Positions 9,228-18,580 of a stretch of 64,000 bases of DNA are shown here, one piece after another. The notes beneath the pieces were generated by a model. That model ran no database searches. It had not been told where the DNA came from and saw only the letters and a list, made by a program, of their open reading frames with translations. The first letter of the stretch is position 1; every line of letters begins with the position of its first letter. Source of the stretch: Candidatus Tayloriibacteriota bacterium (GTDB lineage Bacteria > Patescibacteriota > Minisyncoccia > Phycocordibacterales > PALSA-1337); NCBI GenBank assembly GCA_903893855.1, contig CAITNV010000054.1:32562-96561 (forward strand), written 5' to 3'. The translations under genes were made by a program, and so were the position numbers.

Positions 9228-10514
9228 CTAAGAGTTAAGGTTGACTGACCAAAGTGTTAGGTCTCGCTTGTTGATGAAATATAGAACGTTTTCTTTTGGG
9301 TCTAGTGTTAAATTGGTAGCATCTAGTAATTCGCCAGGGAAATTAAGCATTGTAGCTATCTGGTGAGCCTCCCCTGTTGTGATATTAACCTCCCATATGC
9401 TATCGGTGAATGCGGTGTTGCCTTGATACCAATCTTCTGGATACTGGGCTGTTGGTATCGTAGATGGTACGGCACAAATAAGGTTGTCCTTCTTTATTGA
9501 GCTCCAAACACATTTCTCTGGCATGGTGTTGAAAGCAAGTTCTTGATCAGTTCCAGTTTTTACATCAAAAATTGATGATGACAGGGTCTGTCCGACAGAC
9601 TTAGTGTAGAGAATCTTGGTAGCGTCTTTGTTTGTAAGTGTCGCTAGGCCATTTATTCCGCCTAAAACCTTTGTAAATTGGCCCGTCTTCGTGTTCACGA
9701 AGTAAAGGAAGCCTGCAAGAGCTGAATTACCTTTGGTTGTAATCGCAAGTGTACTATCGGTCGGCCATTCAACATTGATATCTTTAAGTGGAGTAGAGAA
9801 TAATTTAATGGTTTTGGTACCATCAAATTGCGAAATATAGCCAGATCCGTCTGCGAGGCGGAATATTTTATCTGCAAGCGGAGATAATGCCAAAACCGTC
9901 GTGTTTGCAGGAAGGACATCCCCTTTTAGGACATATGGTGTATTCTTTGATATCGATGATGTTGCCGTGGTCGTTGCTTGAGTTGGTGATTTGCTTAAAG
10001 CTACATAAAAATTAGTAATCTTGGTTCCTGTATCATCGAGTGATTGAAAAACGAAAGCTGTTCCATTACGATTCCAGAAGCTTTGATATATCATCGGTAC
10101 GGTCGTGTTGGAAAGTAGAGTTGTATCAAGTGAATTCGATCGAGCTTCATACACATAGCCTGTGCCACGATTAACCCAGAGTACGAGCGTTGATGTTCCA
10201 CTTGTTGACGCCACCATTCCCCCAACCGGCGTAGTGCTCAATTCACGGATTGTAGGAATAGCTACTGTTGTAGAGGAACTATTTTGAGCATTTTGACCAG
10301 TATTGTTCGTAGTGTTACGTAGCGGTAAGGTGTTTTGTGTACGAGTCGTTCCATTAAGAGGTGTAAAGATATTCCCTCCCGAAGTAGTCGTGGTAGTAGT
10401 TGTACGAGTGTTAATAACACCAGAACCAAAATAATTATTGTAAATCCAATATCCTCCCCCAGCGAGGACTAGTACTAAAATGATTATTATGAGGATTGAG
10501 GTTTTTTTGGACAT
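9228..10514 (-). CDS. Hypothetical membrane-anchored protein: N-terminal TM, poly-Thr/Gly-Asn linker, and a C-terminal beta-propeller-like (PD40/WD40-like) domain. It is the last gene of the T4SS-like operon.
   Basis: The N-terminus MSKKTSILIIIILVLVLAGGGYWIY is a TM helix. A TTTTTTT run follows. The C-terminal half is a repetitive beta-strand-rich region. Confidence 0.6.
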   Translation of the reverse strand: MSKKTSILIIIILVLVLAGGGYWIYNNYFGSGVINTRTTTTTTTSGGNIFTPLNGTTRTQNTLPLRNTTNNTGQNAQNSSSTTVAIPTIRELSTTPVGGMVASTSGTSTLVLWVNRGTGYVYEARSNSLDTTLLSNTTVPMIYQSFWNRNGTAFVFQSLDDTGTKITNFYVALSKSPTQATTTATSSISKNTPYVLKGDVLPANTTVLALSPLADKIFRLADGSGYISQFDGTKTIKLFSTPLKDINVEWPTDSTLAITTKGNSALAGFLYFVNTKTGQFTKVLGGINGLATLTNKDATKILYTKSVGQTLSSSIFDVKTGTDQELAFNTMPEKCVWSSIKKDNLICAVPSTIPTAQYPEDWYQGNTAFTDSIWEVNITTGEAHQIATMLNFPGELLDATNLTLDPKENVLYFINKRDLTLWSVNLNS

Positions 10515-10526
10515 ATTTTGGTTTTA

Positions 10527-11579
10527 TTACTGACCAGGTAGGTAGCTTCCATGTTGTTGATTAGTTCCTGTTTTATTTGCATTTTTTTGCGCCGCCGCTT
10601 TGTCTGCAGCTGCCGCCGCAGCCATATCCGCTTGTTTCTTCAAGAATGGCGCTTGTGCAGCGTTATATGCAGCAGTTAACGCAGCTTGATCAGCCACATC
10701 GTTATTGGCTTTCAACGTTGCCATGTCTGCATTGTAGACTGCAGTATTTGCGTTTAAGCTTGATTGTATTAATTCAGGTGTTTCTATTCCATTATATTGA
10801 GTTGCGAGCTTTTCTCTTTCGAGAAGTGCATTTGCAGCGAAATCATTGGTAGCATGCGCAAAGGCTTCTTTATTTATTGATGCGGTAGCTGTGTCTTGCA
10901 GATTCTGCCATTTTTGTATAGCACCTTGGCAATCAGGTGTAAGAGAGTTTTCGTTCTGACTTCCATTACTTTCCAAACATTTCGAATTGATAAGATCGTT
11001 ATATGCTGTCGCTACTGCGGCATTATCGGTTGCTACTTTTGCTTGAAGTGCACGAGTTTCATTGGTAAGTTCAGCTGCTTGTGCAGCTAACGCAGCAACT
11101 GCAGCAGGATCACTGGTACTTATTGGTTGTACTGTCAAATTAAGCTTTGGTACGGTAACGAGGCTTATGTCTACGAGCTGAGGGTTAATGGTGTAGAGGA
11201 TAAGATATGATAGGAGTGCTCCAGCAAGGCCTAAGAAAGCGTTTTCTATCGTCGATCTCGCGTCCCCCTTCTTGGTCACTGAGTCGGTAAGCATGTATTG
11301 AAAACCGCCAATTATAACCATAACAACGGTTGCAAATACCGCAACCGCAATCATTAGTTTAAATATATAGACAATATATGTCTGTATATTGACTTCCTTC
11401 GTTACTTCGCCGAGTGTGCAGTTGTTCCCTGTTCCTGGGATGCATGGTACTGGTTCAAGAAGTGTATATTGTCCTGTTGTCTGTGCAGATACTATTAGGC
11501 TTGGTGCTGAAAGAGTGCCAAATATGACGATAATGCTACAGAGCGCAGAAACTTTTTTGATTATGTTTTGTGTAGACAT
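10527..11579 (-). CDS. Hypothetical pilin-like / VirB2-TrbC-like candidate: signal peptide, two hydrophobic helices, then an Ala/Gln/Asn-rich coiled-coil C-terminal region
   Basis: There is a signal peptide. TM helices lie at IVYIFKLMIAVAVFATVVMVIIGGFQYML and AFLGLAGALLSYLILYTINP, giving a hairpin topology like conjugative pilins. The Ala-rich tail is about 200 aa. Confidence 0.55.
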   Translation of the reverse strand: MSTQNIIKKVSALCSIIVIFGTLSAPSLIVSAQTTGQYTLLEPVPCIPGTGNNCTLGEVTKEVNIQTYIVYIFKLMIAVAVFATVVMVIIGGFQYMLTDSVTKKGDARSTIENAFLGLAGALLSYLILYTINPQLVDISLVTVPKLNLTVQPISTSDPAAVAALAAQAAELTNETRALQAKVATDNAAVATAYNDLINSKCLESNGSQNENSLTPDCQGAIQKWQNLQDTATASINKEAFAHATNDFAANALLEREKLATQYNGIETPELIQSSLNANTAVYNADMATLKANNDVADQAALTAAYNAAQAPFLKKQADMAAAAAADKAAAQKNANKTGTNQQHGSYLPGQ

Positions 11580-11587
11580 GTTTTTGA

Positions 11588-12649
11588 TTAAAATGTGATA
11601 CTAGCCGCGCCGTTAACTTTGTTCGAAGTGGTGTCGTATATTGCACTAAAAGAGTTATTTGCTCTTTGGAGGATGTCTGTAGTGTTTTGGATTTCGAGCT
11701 TAATATCAGAACTACCCGATGTTCCACTTGGTGTCGCGAGCAAAATTGCAGAGCTCGAAGCTAGTTCATCATGAAGAATTTCATTAATCATCCAGCTATA
11801 CGTCATGGTACCCGAATCGTCTGCCATATCGAAACCATAAGGTGCTGCAGTAATCTTAATTTGATTATGCTCAAGATTGATACTATCCCCTACTGACTTA
11901 TTATATAACACTCCATAGAGCGGGTCATTTTGATAAAAGTTAATTGCTGGAGATGACGGATTGATGGCGATTTGGCTTTCAGCGTGAGCCTTGCCATCAG
12001 TAGAATTTACTTTTAAGTTAATAACAAACGGTCGTGCTATTAATGAACCTTTTATCGAAAGGCTTTGTTTGCCATAACCTGAAAGACTGCCAAGTACGGT
12101 TGAATCCTGTTTCCATGTGTATATAAGAGCTTGAGGGTCAATTGGTTTGCCGTTTGAATCCACAAGGTTTGGCATTGCTACAAGCTTAACGGTATTTTGG
12201 TAAACAAAGAGATTTTTGCCTCGATATAAAGGGGGCACGTATCCACTCGTTTCAGGAATTATATCCACTGAGCCTGTTTTAATAGTAAGTACTTTTTGAA
12301 TTGTCGCACCTTCGACGGTCTTTACACTGACACTTATAGCTAGGCTTTTGCCAACAGGAGGAGCCTGCACGGTAATGCTTGTGAGGCCTACGCTTTTACC
12401 AATCGATTTACCGTTTGAAGACCAATTGATCGTAGCACCGTTTAGATCTGTGCTGTAGCTTTTTACGTCCACAGTGACACTATCCCCCGGTGCAGGGTTG
12501 GCTGGTGACATTTCAATATCGACTCCGTCAAGAGATACATTACCAATTGAAGATTGAGCATGTGAAACGTGCGGATTAGACAGGCTAAAGAAAGTAAAAA
12601 ATAGGATAAATATACTAATGTGCAGAACTAGAAATCCATTTTTTTTCAT
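11588..12649 (-). CDS. Hypothetical secreted protein (signal peptide; beta-rich, Ig-like repeats likely)
   Basis: The signal peptide is MKKNGFLVLHISIFILFFTFFSLSNPHVSHA. No recognisable catalytic motif is present. Confidence 0.55.
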   Translation of the reverse strand: MKKNGFLVLHISIFILFFTFFSLSNPHVSHAQSSIGNVSLDGVDIEMSPANPAPGDSVTVDVKSYSTDLNGATINWSSNGKSIGKSVGLTSITVQAPPVGKSLAISVSVKTVEGATIQKVLTIKTGSVDIIPETSGYVPPLYRGKNLFVYQNTVKLVAMPNLVDSNGKPIDPQALIYTWKQDSTVLGSLSGYGKQSLSIKGSLIARPFVINLKVNSTDGKAHAESQIAINPSSPAINFYQNDPLYGVLYNKSVGDSINLEHNQIKITAAPYGFDMADDSGTMTYSWMINEILHDELASSSAILLATPSGTSGSSDIKLEIQNTTDILQRANNSFSAIYDTTSNKVNGAASITF

Positions 12650-12686
12650 CTATATAATTCTACCACAACATACGCTGGATGTAATA

Positions 12687-13109
12687 CTACTTGCGAGGTA
12701 AACGCATTCCGTTATTGTTAACCGGAGGGGGTTGGAATTGTTGTCTATTTTTTGCTTGTATTGAGGCTGGTGTTGCTACGGTTGCGGCTGACGCTAAACG
12801 TTTGTTCTCGGCACGGACTGAGAGATGTGTCATTGCAACATCAAGTATCCACAATGGTAATGAACCAGCAACGAGCTCTTCAAAGAAGAAAGTTGCAACG
12901 AGTGTTAATATACGCCCCGGTTTAGCCATAGAAACACCTCTCCAGTAGAAATAACCTCCCAATATTGCACCAATCCCTGCATCGGCAAATTCGTTTATAA
13001 ATTCTCCAGGACCTGGGAAAAAAACATCAATAAGCGGTTGCCCAATATCACATGCCAATGTGAAGCAATAAAGTACTATCCAATCTACAGTTTTCATTTT
13101 TGAACCCAT
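12687..13109 (-). CDS. Small integral membrane protein (2-3 TM) immediately downstream of the VirB4-like ATPase
   Basis: The 140-aa protein has hydrophobic segments. It lies within the co-directional operon. Confidence 0.5.
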   Translation of the reverse strand: MGSKMKTVDWIVLYCFTLACDIGQPLIDVFFPGPGEFINEFADAGIGAILGGYFYWRGVSMAKPGRILTLVATFFFEELVAGSLPLWILDVAMTHLSVRAENKRLASAATVATPASIQAKNRQQFQPPPVNNNGMRLPRK

Positions 13110-13120
13110 TTTGTTGCGTT

Positions 13121-14947
13121 TTATATTCGAGCGGCACCGTTTGCCATTTCGAGCTCGTCTTTGGCTTTTTTAATAGCCATAACTTGTGCAGGATTCGTAG
13201 TAATAATCTGATCTTCTGTATACGAAGCGATGATTTTTAGTGCGACATGCTTAAGTCCTACGAAGAATATGCCCTCCCCCACTTCTGATTCAAGAAGTAG
13301 ATATTTCTCTTCATCAGTAAGGCTAAATGTCTGCTGAATTCTATCAATCGATGAAGGTGACTGTTTGAGGAGGATTTGTATCGAAGAGTTGGTAAGAATC
13401 GGCAAGCCATAGGGTGATTTCAAGAAGTCATCAACGTCTTGAGTGATTGTTGCAAGTCCTAAGTAATATTTTCGGCCTCGTTTAGCCAAACCAAGTAGGA
13501 ATGAAGCCGTATCTTCTGATTTCATCATCCACCAAGCCTCGTCAATAACAAGAAGACGCTTCTTTGGAGTACGACGAATAGCATTCCATATATAGTGTGT
13601 AACAATATACATTGCGACCGGCTTCAGTTCATCTTCCATATCGCGAAGTGAAAACACCGCAAATTTCTTATTAATATCCACATTTGTAGGCTTATTAATA
13701 AAGCCAGACCAAGTACCTTTGGTGTATTTCGTAAGTCTTTCGACGAGTGATTCAGCACCTTCCATGCCCGCCAAAACAAGCTCAAAGTCAGATAGAAGTG
13801 GCGGTGTCACATTACTAAAATCAGATTCAGGGGTGATATCCTTAAGTGCGTATGTTTCACTAATAGCTCGATCGATAATGGCATCTTCTTCCTGTGTAAG
13901 GCCACCAAGCATGATACGGAATAGCCCAACGAGGTTAATAATGTTAGATCGAAGCACATCAGAAGCGGCTTCGTCCTCTCGTGCGATCGGCAAGTCAAAA
14001 GGATTGATATGATTCTCTGAGTTAAGAGAGATATTGAAGTACTTCCCTCCTGTGGCATTCGCCATATACTCATATTCGCGTTCAGGGTCGATAACGATAA
14101 CTTCGGTATCGAACATAAGTGTTCGTAATATTTCGAGCTTGGTGCAATATGATTTACCCGATCCAGACTTAGCAAACGTTACTGAATTGTAGTTCTCGAG
14201 GAGGAAGCGGTCAAAAAGCACGAGAGATGAATTGTGGCGATTAATTCCATACAAAATACCCTTATCAGATGTGAGGTCGAATGAAACGAAAGGAAATATG
14301 CTCGAAAGTGGCGAAGAATTAAGCTTAGAATGTACTGAGAGTCGATCGTCTCCAAGCGGTAACACGCTTTTGTAACCATCTTCTTGCTGGAAAAGAGCAG
14401 GTTTTATATAAACAAGCTTAGACTCAAGGATAGATTTAACCTCAGACTCAAGCTTATCAAGTTCGCCATCAGAATCTCCAAAAAGAGTAATATAAACACC
14501 AACATCGAAGATTTTCTCTTGTGCTTGCATGAGATTATTACGAAGTGATTCGAGGTCTTGATATGCAGTGTCGAGCATTGGGTCACGAACGAGTCCTTTA
14601 TCCTCTCTTTGATTGATCTGGCTCTGTACTTCAGCCACCTTCTTCTGGAAATGACGTAGGATTTTAGCCGTATCTACCGGATGAATGAATATTGAAATGT
14701 TAAAAACCTTATCAAGGTTAATGATGGGGGCAAACCAAGAATCAGTAAGGAAACGTGGGTATGATATAACGAAGAATGTGCGCGCGACTTTCTCCCCGAG
14801 GTTAAGCTCTTTAGGACTAATCTTAAGTGCAGAAGGTGCAATAATGTCACGGAGTTCCAACACTCCCTGTTCATATATATCTTGTGGCAAAAGCGATGTT
14901 ATCGCAGGTGCATCTTTTTTACCAAATAATTTTCCTATAAAGCTCAT
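13121..14947 (-). CDS. VirB4/TrbE/CagE-family type IV secretion ATPase (Gram-positive PrgJ/TcpF-like)
   Basis: Walker A is AKSGSGKSY and Walker B is LLVIDEAWWMM. A conserved ...GLATITQD... motif is present. The protein is 608 aa and has an N-terminal domain ahead of the ATPase core. Confidence 0.8.
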   Translation of the reverse strand: MSFIGKLFGKKDAPAITSLLPQDIYEQGVLELRDIIAPSALKISPKELNLGEKVARTFFVISYPRFLTDSWFAPIINLDKVFNISIFIHPVDTAKILRHFQKKVAEVQSQINQREDKGLVRDPMLDTAYQDLESLRNNLMQAQEKIFDVGVYITLFGDSDGELDKLESEVKSILESKLVYIKPALFQQEDGYKSVLPLGDDRLSVHSKLNSSPLSSIFPFVSFDLTSDKGILYGINRHNSSLVLFDRFLLENYNSVTFAKSGSGKSYCTKLEILRTLMFDTEVIVIDPEREYEYMANATGGKYFNISLNSENHINPFDLPIAREDEAASDVLRSNIINLVGLFRIMLGGLTQEEDAIIDRAISETYALKDITPESDFSNVTPPLLSDFELVLAGMEGAESLVERLTKYTKGTWSGFINKPTNVDINKKFAVFSLRDMEDELKPVAMYIVTHYIWNAIRRTPKKRLLVIDEAWWMMKSEDTASFLLGLAKRGRKYYLGLATITQDVDDFLKSPYGLPILTNSSIQILLKQSPSSIDRIQQTFSLTDEEKYLLLESEVGEGIFFVGLKHVALKIIASYTEDQIITTNPAQVMAIKKAKDELEMANGAARI

Positions 14948-14955
14948 TTTTTTAT

Positions 14956-15615
14956 TTAATTTATTTGCATTGGCTTCTCAGTGTCCCCAGGGTTGAATAT
15001 CTTATAGAACAATTCTACCACTTCTTCGGTTCCAAGTTCAGCGACTCGTATACCGCAACGAGTAAGTCCTTGCTCCACTGAACCTACTCTCTGCTCGAGC
15101 TGGCTTCGGTATTCCTCGAATTCTTCATTTGCGAGGGTTTTACCACTTCCGATGCTTTGTGATGAACCTGTATTATTCTTTCGATTTAAGAATGAAGAAA
15201 TTGGGTTCTTCGTCGCACTAATCTGTGCAGGAGAATACGGGATGACGATGAAGAAGCTTTTTGTCATAATGCTTGAATTGTCGACGAAGGTTTTGACGAA
15301 TTCAATGTATTCTCGGGTTTGAATTTTCATGAGTTCGCTTGCCTGTTCCTTATAACGGCTTTCAAGAAGCGCAACATACGGCCTAATATCAAGCTTTTTT
15401 GACTGTATGAAGATCTGAACTGAGAAATCAAGAGAGTTTAAAAAGTTTTGAAATTGAAAAATAATAGAGTTCTGCTCATCTATTGACTTTAGGGCGAAGT
15501 TTACCGATGTTGCAAGGACGATTGCGCGCAAAGAACCGTCATTAAGAATAGCAATTCCATCACGGATCTCTTTAATTGGTACAAATTCTTGAGTTGTTTT
15601 GGTTGAAGTGGCCAT
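14956..15615 (-). CDS. Hypothetical protein resembling a VirB4 N-terminal domain (PIKEIRDGIAILNDGSLRAIV...NFALKS..EQ...FQNFLNSLDF..QIFIQS)
   Basis: The start was set at the internal Met MATSTKTTQEF, so it abuts the upstream gene's stop. The sequence pattern matches the N-terminus of Gram-positive VirB4-like proteins. The following 608-aa VirB4 has its own N-domain. Confidence 0.5.
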   Translation of the reverse strand: MATSTKTTQEFVPIKEIRDGIAILNDGSLRAIVLATSVNFALKSIDEQNSIIFQFQNFLNSLDFSVQIFIQSKKLDIRPYVALLESRYKEQASELMKIQTREYIEFVKTFVDNSSIMTKSFFIVIPYSPAQISATKNPISSFLNRKNNTGSSQSIGSGKTLANEEFEEYRSQLEQRVGSVEQGLTRCGIRVAELGTEEVVELFYKIFNPGDTEKPMQIN

Positions 15616-15616
15616 A

Positions 15617-16078
15617 TTAACGTTGATTTCTATTACTATAGAGACTTTCTTTAATATCGAGACTCCATGCAAGGTCTTTCAATTTACTTTCTGAAATCTT
15701 CGGCACCATAATACCCGCATAATTCTTGCCGAGGCGTACATCTTCCGCCGCTTGTTCCCCCGGAGTCATATTCTTCTGTAGTGCAGGATCTGGACGGCGA
15801 TTTACTTTCTTCCAGATGTAGAGTTTGGCAGCGAAGTAGTATTTGAATGCCGCTTCAACAACAAAAATGAATGGTTTATTGTTGATTCTATAGAAAGCGA
15901 GGGCCCCAGAAAAAGTAGCAACTACAACTATAAACGGGAATGCAAGGAGTAATGGTAAAAATTTATACAATAGGAAACAAATTCCAGCCCCACCAGCCAT
16001 ATAAATAAATTGGCGCAAGGTGAATGGGCCGAAAATCTTGTCCTCAACTTCGATAAATTGTGGGACTTGGAACTGCAT
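15617..16078 (-). CDS. PrgI/VirB3-like small membrane protein
   Basis: The N-terminus MQFQVPQFIEVEDKIFGPFTLRQFIYMAGGAGICFLLYKFLP is followed by a second TM. This is characteristic of the PrgI family, which is encoded just upstream of VirB4 in Gram-positive T4SS. Confidence 0.6.
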   Translation of the reverse strand: MQFQVPQFIEVEDKIFGPFTLRQFIYMAGGAGICFLLYKFLPLLLAFPFIVVVATFSGALAFYRINNKPFIFVVEAAFKYYFAAKLYIWKKVNRRPDPALQKNMTPGEQAAEDVRLGKNYAGIMVPKISESKLKDLAWSLDIKESLYSNRNQR

Positions 16079-16098
16079 GCGTATATTATACCCTACTC

Positions 16099-16749
16099 TT
16101 ACGCGATTGGCTCGCGGTATGGATCAGAAGTAGTGTTCGGCGTTTGAGGTTGAGGGTTTTTTGTTGTCACGGGAGCGGACATGAATTGATCGAGGAGATT
16201 GATAGACTTTACCGCAGGTGCTGGAGCTGTTGCAGGAGCGGATACAGGTGTTGCTATTGGGGTTGGGACAGTGTGCGCTTCCTGACCAGCGACAATTGCT
16301 GGATATTCCGCGAGGAGATTTACAGGAGTTGGTGTTGCAGTATTCTGTGCGAGCGTGGTCGGATTTTCAATTCCTTTTAGGGTATTTGCACGAGCAATTG
16401 CTTCATTGTCCAACTTTTCGTCATCATTCGTATCTTCGAGTTTTTGTAGGCTCTCACGAATACTACCAATTATATCAGTGTTTATGTCACCAGCTATATC
16501 TCTCGCTGTCTCTCTTGGGATCTCGACGTTATCACTTAGATTTGAAATTAAATTATTAGAACTTTCAAGGCCAAGCATGACAAGCATCGTCTCGGTCTGT
16601 ATGTCCCCAGCTTGTTCTATGGTTAAGGCGTATTTTTTTGATATTTTAGCAAATTTCTCAGGAAGGTTTCCTCCTGTTATCGCATCTTGAATCTCTCGGG
16701 GAAGAAGCTCAAAGTTTTTTTTAATTAATTGTTGTGTTTCAGGTTCCAT
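16099..16749 (-). CDS. Hypothetical protein (no TM; Pro/Thr/Ala-rich C-terminus) within the T4SS-like operon
   Basis: The 216-aa protein is co-directional and tightly spaced with its neighbours. Confidence 0.5.
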   Translation of the reverse strand: MEPETQQLIKKNFELLPREIQDAITGGNLPEKFAKISKKYALTIEQAGDIQTETMLVMLGLESSNNLISNLSDNVEIPRETARDIAGDINTDIIGSIRESLQKLEDTNDDEKLDNEAIARANTLKGIENPTTLAQNTATPTPVNLLAEYPAIVAGQEAHTVPTPIATPVSAPATAPAPAVKSINLLDQFMSAPVTTKNPQPQTPNTTSDPYREPIA

Positions 16750-16755
16750 ATTGTA

Positions 16756-18573
16756 TTATTTTTTATCTGGTTTGTTTTTTGCATCACCGTCACTTTTTTC
16801 TTCGGTTAGCAGATCTTTTATATCATCTGCAATTTTTTCATTTTTTGATTTATTCATTCCTTTACGGATCTTATTGGCGGCATCTTTCCTGCCCTTTTTG
16901 GTCATGTTAAAGAAGCCTGCACCCTTTTCAAGATTATTAGCGTATTCCTCCTTGCCTTGCTTTGACAGCCTACCTTGAATATCTGTATCATCGACAGCTC
17001 TTTCCGATGCCTCTTTTTTTGCAGCATCCATTACAGCTTTTAGTCTTTCTGCACGTGCCGCTTCTTCCGCTCTCTCTCGAGCGCTTAAATTGCTATCTGT
17101 AGATCTAGATGCTGCCAGATTATACAAGCGCTCTTTTTTGTTGGCTTCATATTCTAACCTCTTTGTCTCTTTCTTATACTCGTCAGGAGTTATTCTTGAT
17201 AGTGCGCGATCGGCAAACTTTGTTTGTGATTCAGTATATTTTTTTAATCTGTCACTATAGCCGCCTTTTGAGCCGCCAAATGTAGCATTCGTAGTCCTTG
17301 AAACTATTTGTTTATCTACAAGGTTTCCGATAGTAGGATTAGAAGTAACAAATCTTTTGAATTTATCATTATCAGCAACATATTTGGCACCCCTTCCAAT
17401 TGTGTGTTGGCCGACCCAACCTGCACTACCGCTTACGCCGCTTGTAAGCTTCCCTTGTCCCCATTTCTTAGCGCTCTGGCCTAATTTAACTGCGATATCA
17501 GTTCCATCTGAACCAATTTTAATTGCAGCCGCCATCGGGGCATTGATAAACATAAAGGCAATGATGTATTGGAGGACGATACCGACAACATTTGGAGAGA
17601 CGAGAGCATTACCGAGTGTGCCAGTTGTCGAAGATACTTTTGCAAAATCAAAGAAACGTGGATCATTAATAACGCTAACCGCAACATACATAAGAAATAG
17701 ATACACCGGCATAAAGAGACACATTGCAATGAGTGTCTTTTTCCACTGCTCGGCGTATTGCTCTGCTTGTGGCAATATCATAGCGATGAAATAGATCGGC
17801 GAGAAAGCCATGAGAAGGATAAGAATTCCTAGTCGTACTGCGAATGCCACCGCCGCAAAGAGGAAGCTTCCTGCTGCAGCAAGCATAAGGACTGTTCCTC
17901 CGGCATACGCAAGGGTAATCGTACGGTTATTATTAGGATCTCCCCCACCATTTGGAGCAATAGCGCTAGCTCCAACGATCTTGTTGATACTCAAGCTCTG
18001 CATGAATACATTCGATAGACCTCCATCGTTAAACGCTGAAGATATCATTCCATTAAAGCCGTTAGTTGCAGCCACGGTATCTTGTCCGGGGGCAATAGCG
18101 TTATAGAACGATAGCGATATGATGTTTGAAGTATCTACTGCGAGCCGAGTAAAGAAAAGGCTGAAGTTAATAAGGAGACCAGCAATAATAATATTTTTAA
18201 TTAGCGTAGAAAGATCCGCGTTCTTTAGCCCTAAAATCATCTTGATTGAAGCATACAGAAGCATGAATATTATGAATATGCTCGAGAAGTCTCGAATGGT
18301 TCTCCATGCAATACCAATTGCCGTTACTTTATCGACGATAGTTTGAATGTGAAGAGTAGCTACAAGTGTTCCATTGAGAAGCACTCCAGTGAGGGTCAAA
18401 ATTGCTCCAGCTGCAGCGAATGCTAGTTCGGCGATCCATGATGTTACTGTAAATATGGTCGCTGTAACATCAATACCCAAAAATGCATACGCAAAGTGCG
18501 GCGTAATAAGCGTCAATAACGGTATCGCGATTGCAACAGCGGTAATTATTTTTTTGTACGAGTTGCTTTTCAT
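16756..18573 (-). CDS. VirB6/TrbL-like polytopic membrane protein with a long Lys/Glu-rich C-terminal hydrophilic tail
   Basis: A signal-like N-terminus is followed by at least 6 predicted TM helices and an about 230-aa charged tail. This architecture is typical of VirB6/TrbL and the Gram-positive PrgH/TcpH proteins. Confidence 0.6.
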   Translation of the reverse strand: MKSNSYKKIITAVAIAIPLLTLITPHFAYAFLGIDVTATIFTVTSWIAELAFAAAGAILTLTGVLLNGTLVATLHIQTIVDKVTAIGIAWRTIRDFSSIFIIFMLLYASIKMILGLKNADLSTLIKNIIIAGLLINFSLFFTRLAVDTSNIISLSFYNAIAPGQDTVAATNGFNGMISSAFNDGGLSNVFMQSLSINKIVGASAIAPNGGGDPNNNRTITLAYAGGTVLMLAAAGSFLFAAVAFAVRLGILILLMAFSPIYFIAMILPQAEQYAEQWKKTLIAMCLFMPVYLFLMYVAVSVINDPRFFDFAKVSSTTGTLGNALVSPNVVGIVLQYIIAFMFINAPMAAAIKIGSDGTDIAVKLGQSAKKWGQGKLTSGVSGSAGWVGQHTIGRGAKYVADNDKFKRFVTSNPTIGNLVDKQIVSRTTNATFGGSKGGYSDRLKKYTESQTKFADRALSRITPDEYKKETKRLEYEANKKERLYNLAASRSTDSNLSARERAEEAARAERLKAVMDAAKKEASERAVDDTDIQGRLSKQGKEEYANNLEKGAGFFNMTKKGRKDAANKIRKGMNKSKNEKIADDIKDLLTEEKSDGDAKNKPDKK

Positions 18574-18580
18574 ACTGGTA

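Noticed and set aside
9900-10420. Poly-Thr and Gly/Asn-rich repeats as a possible tandem-repeat element
   Set aside because: This is in-frame low-complexity linker sequence within a coding region, not a DNA-level repeat array.
16218-16690. Plus-strand ORFs of 106-113 aa inside the T4SS-like operon
   Set aside because: They are antisense to the co-directional 216-aa and 605-aa genes. They lack motifs and are typical shadow ORFs.
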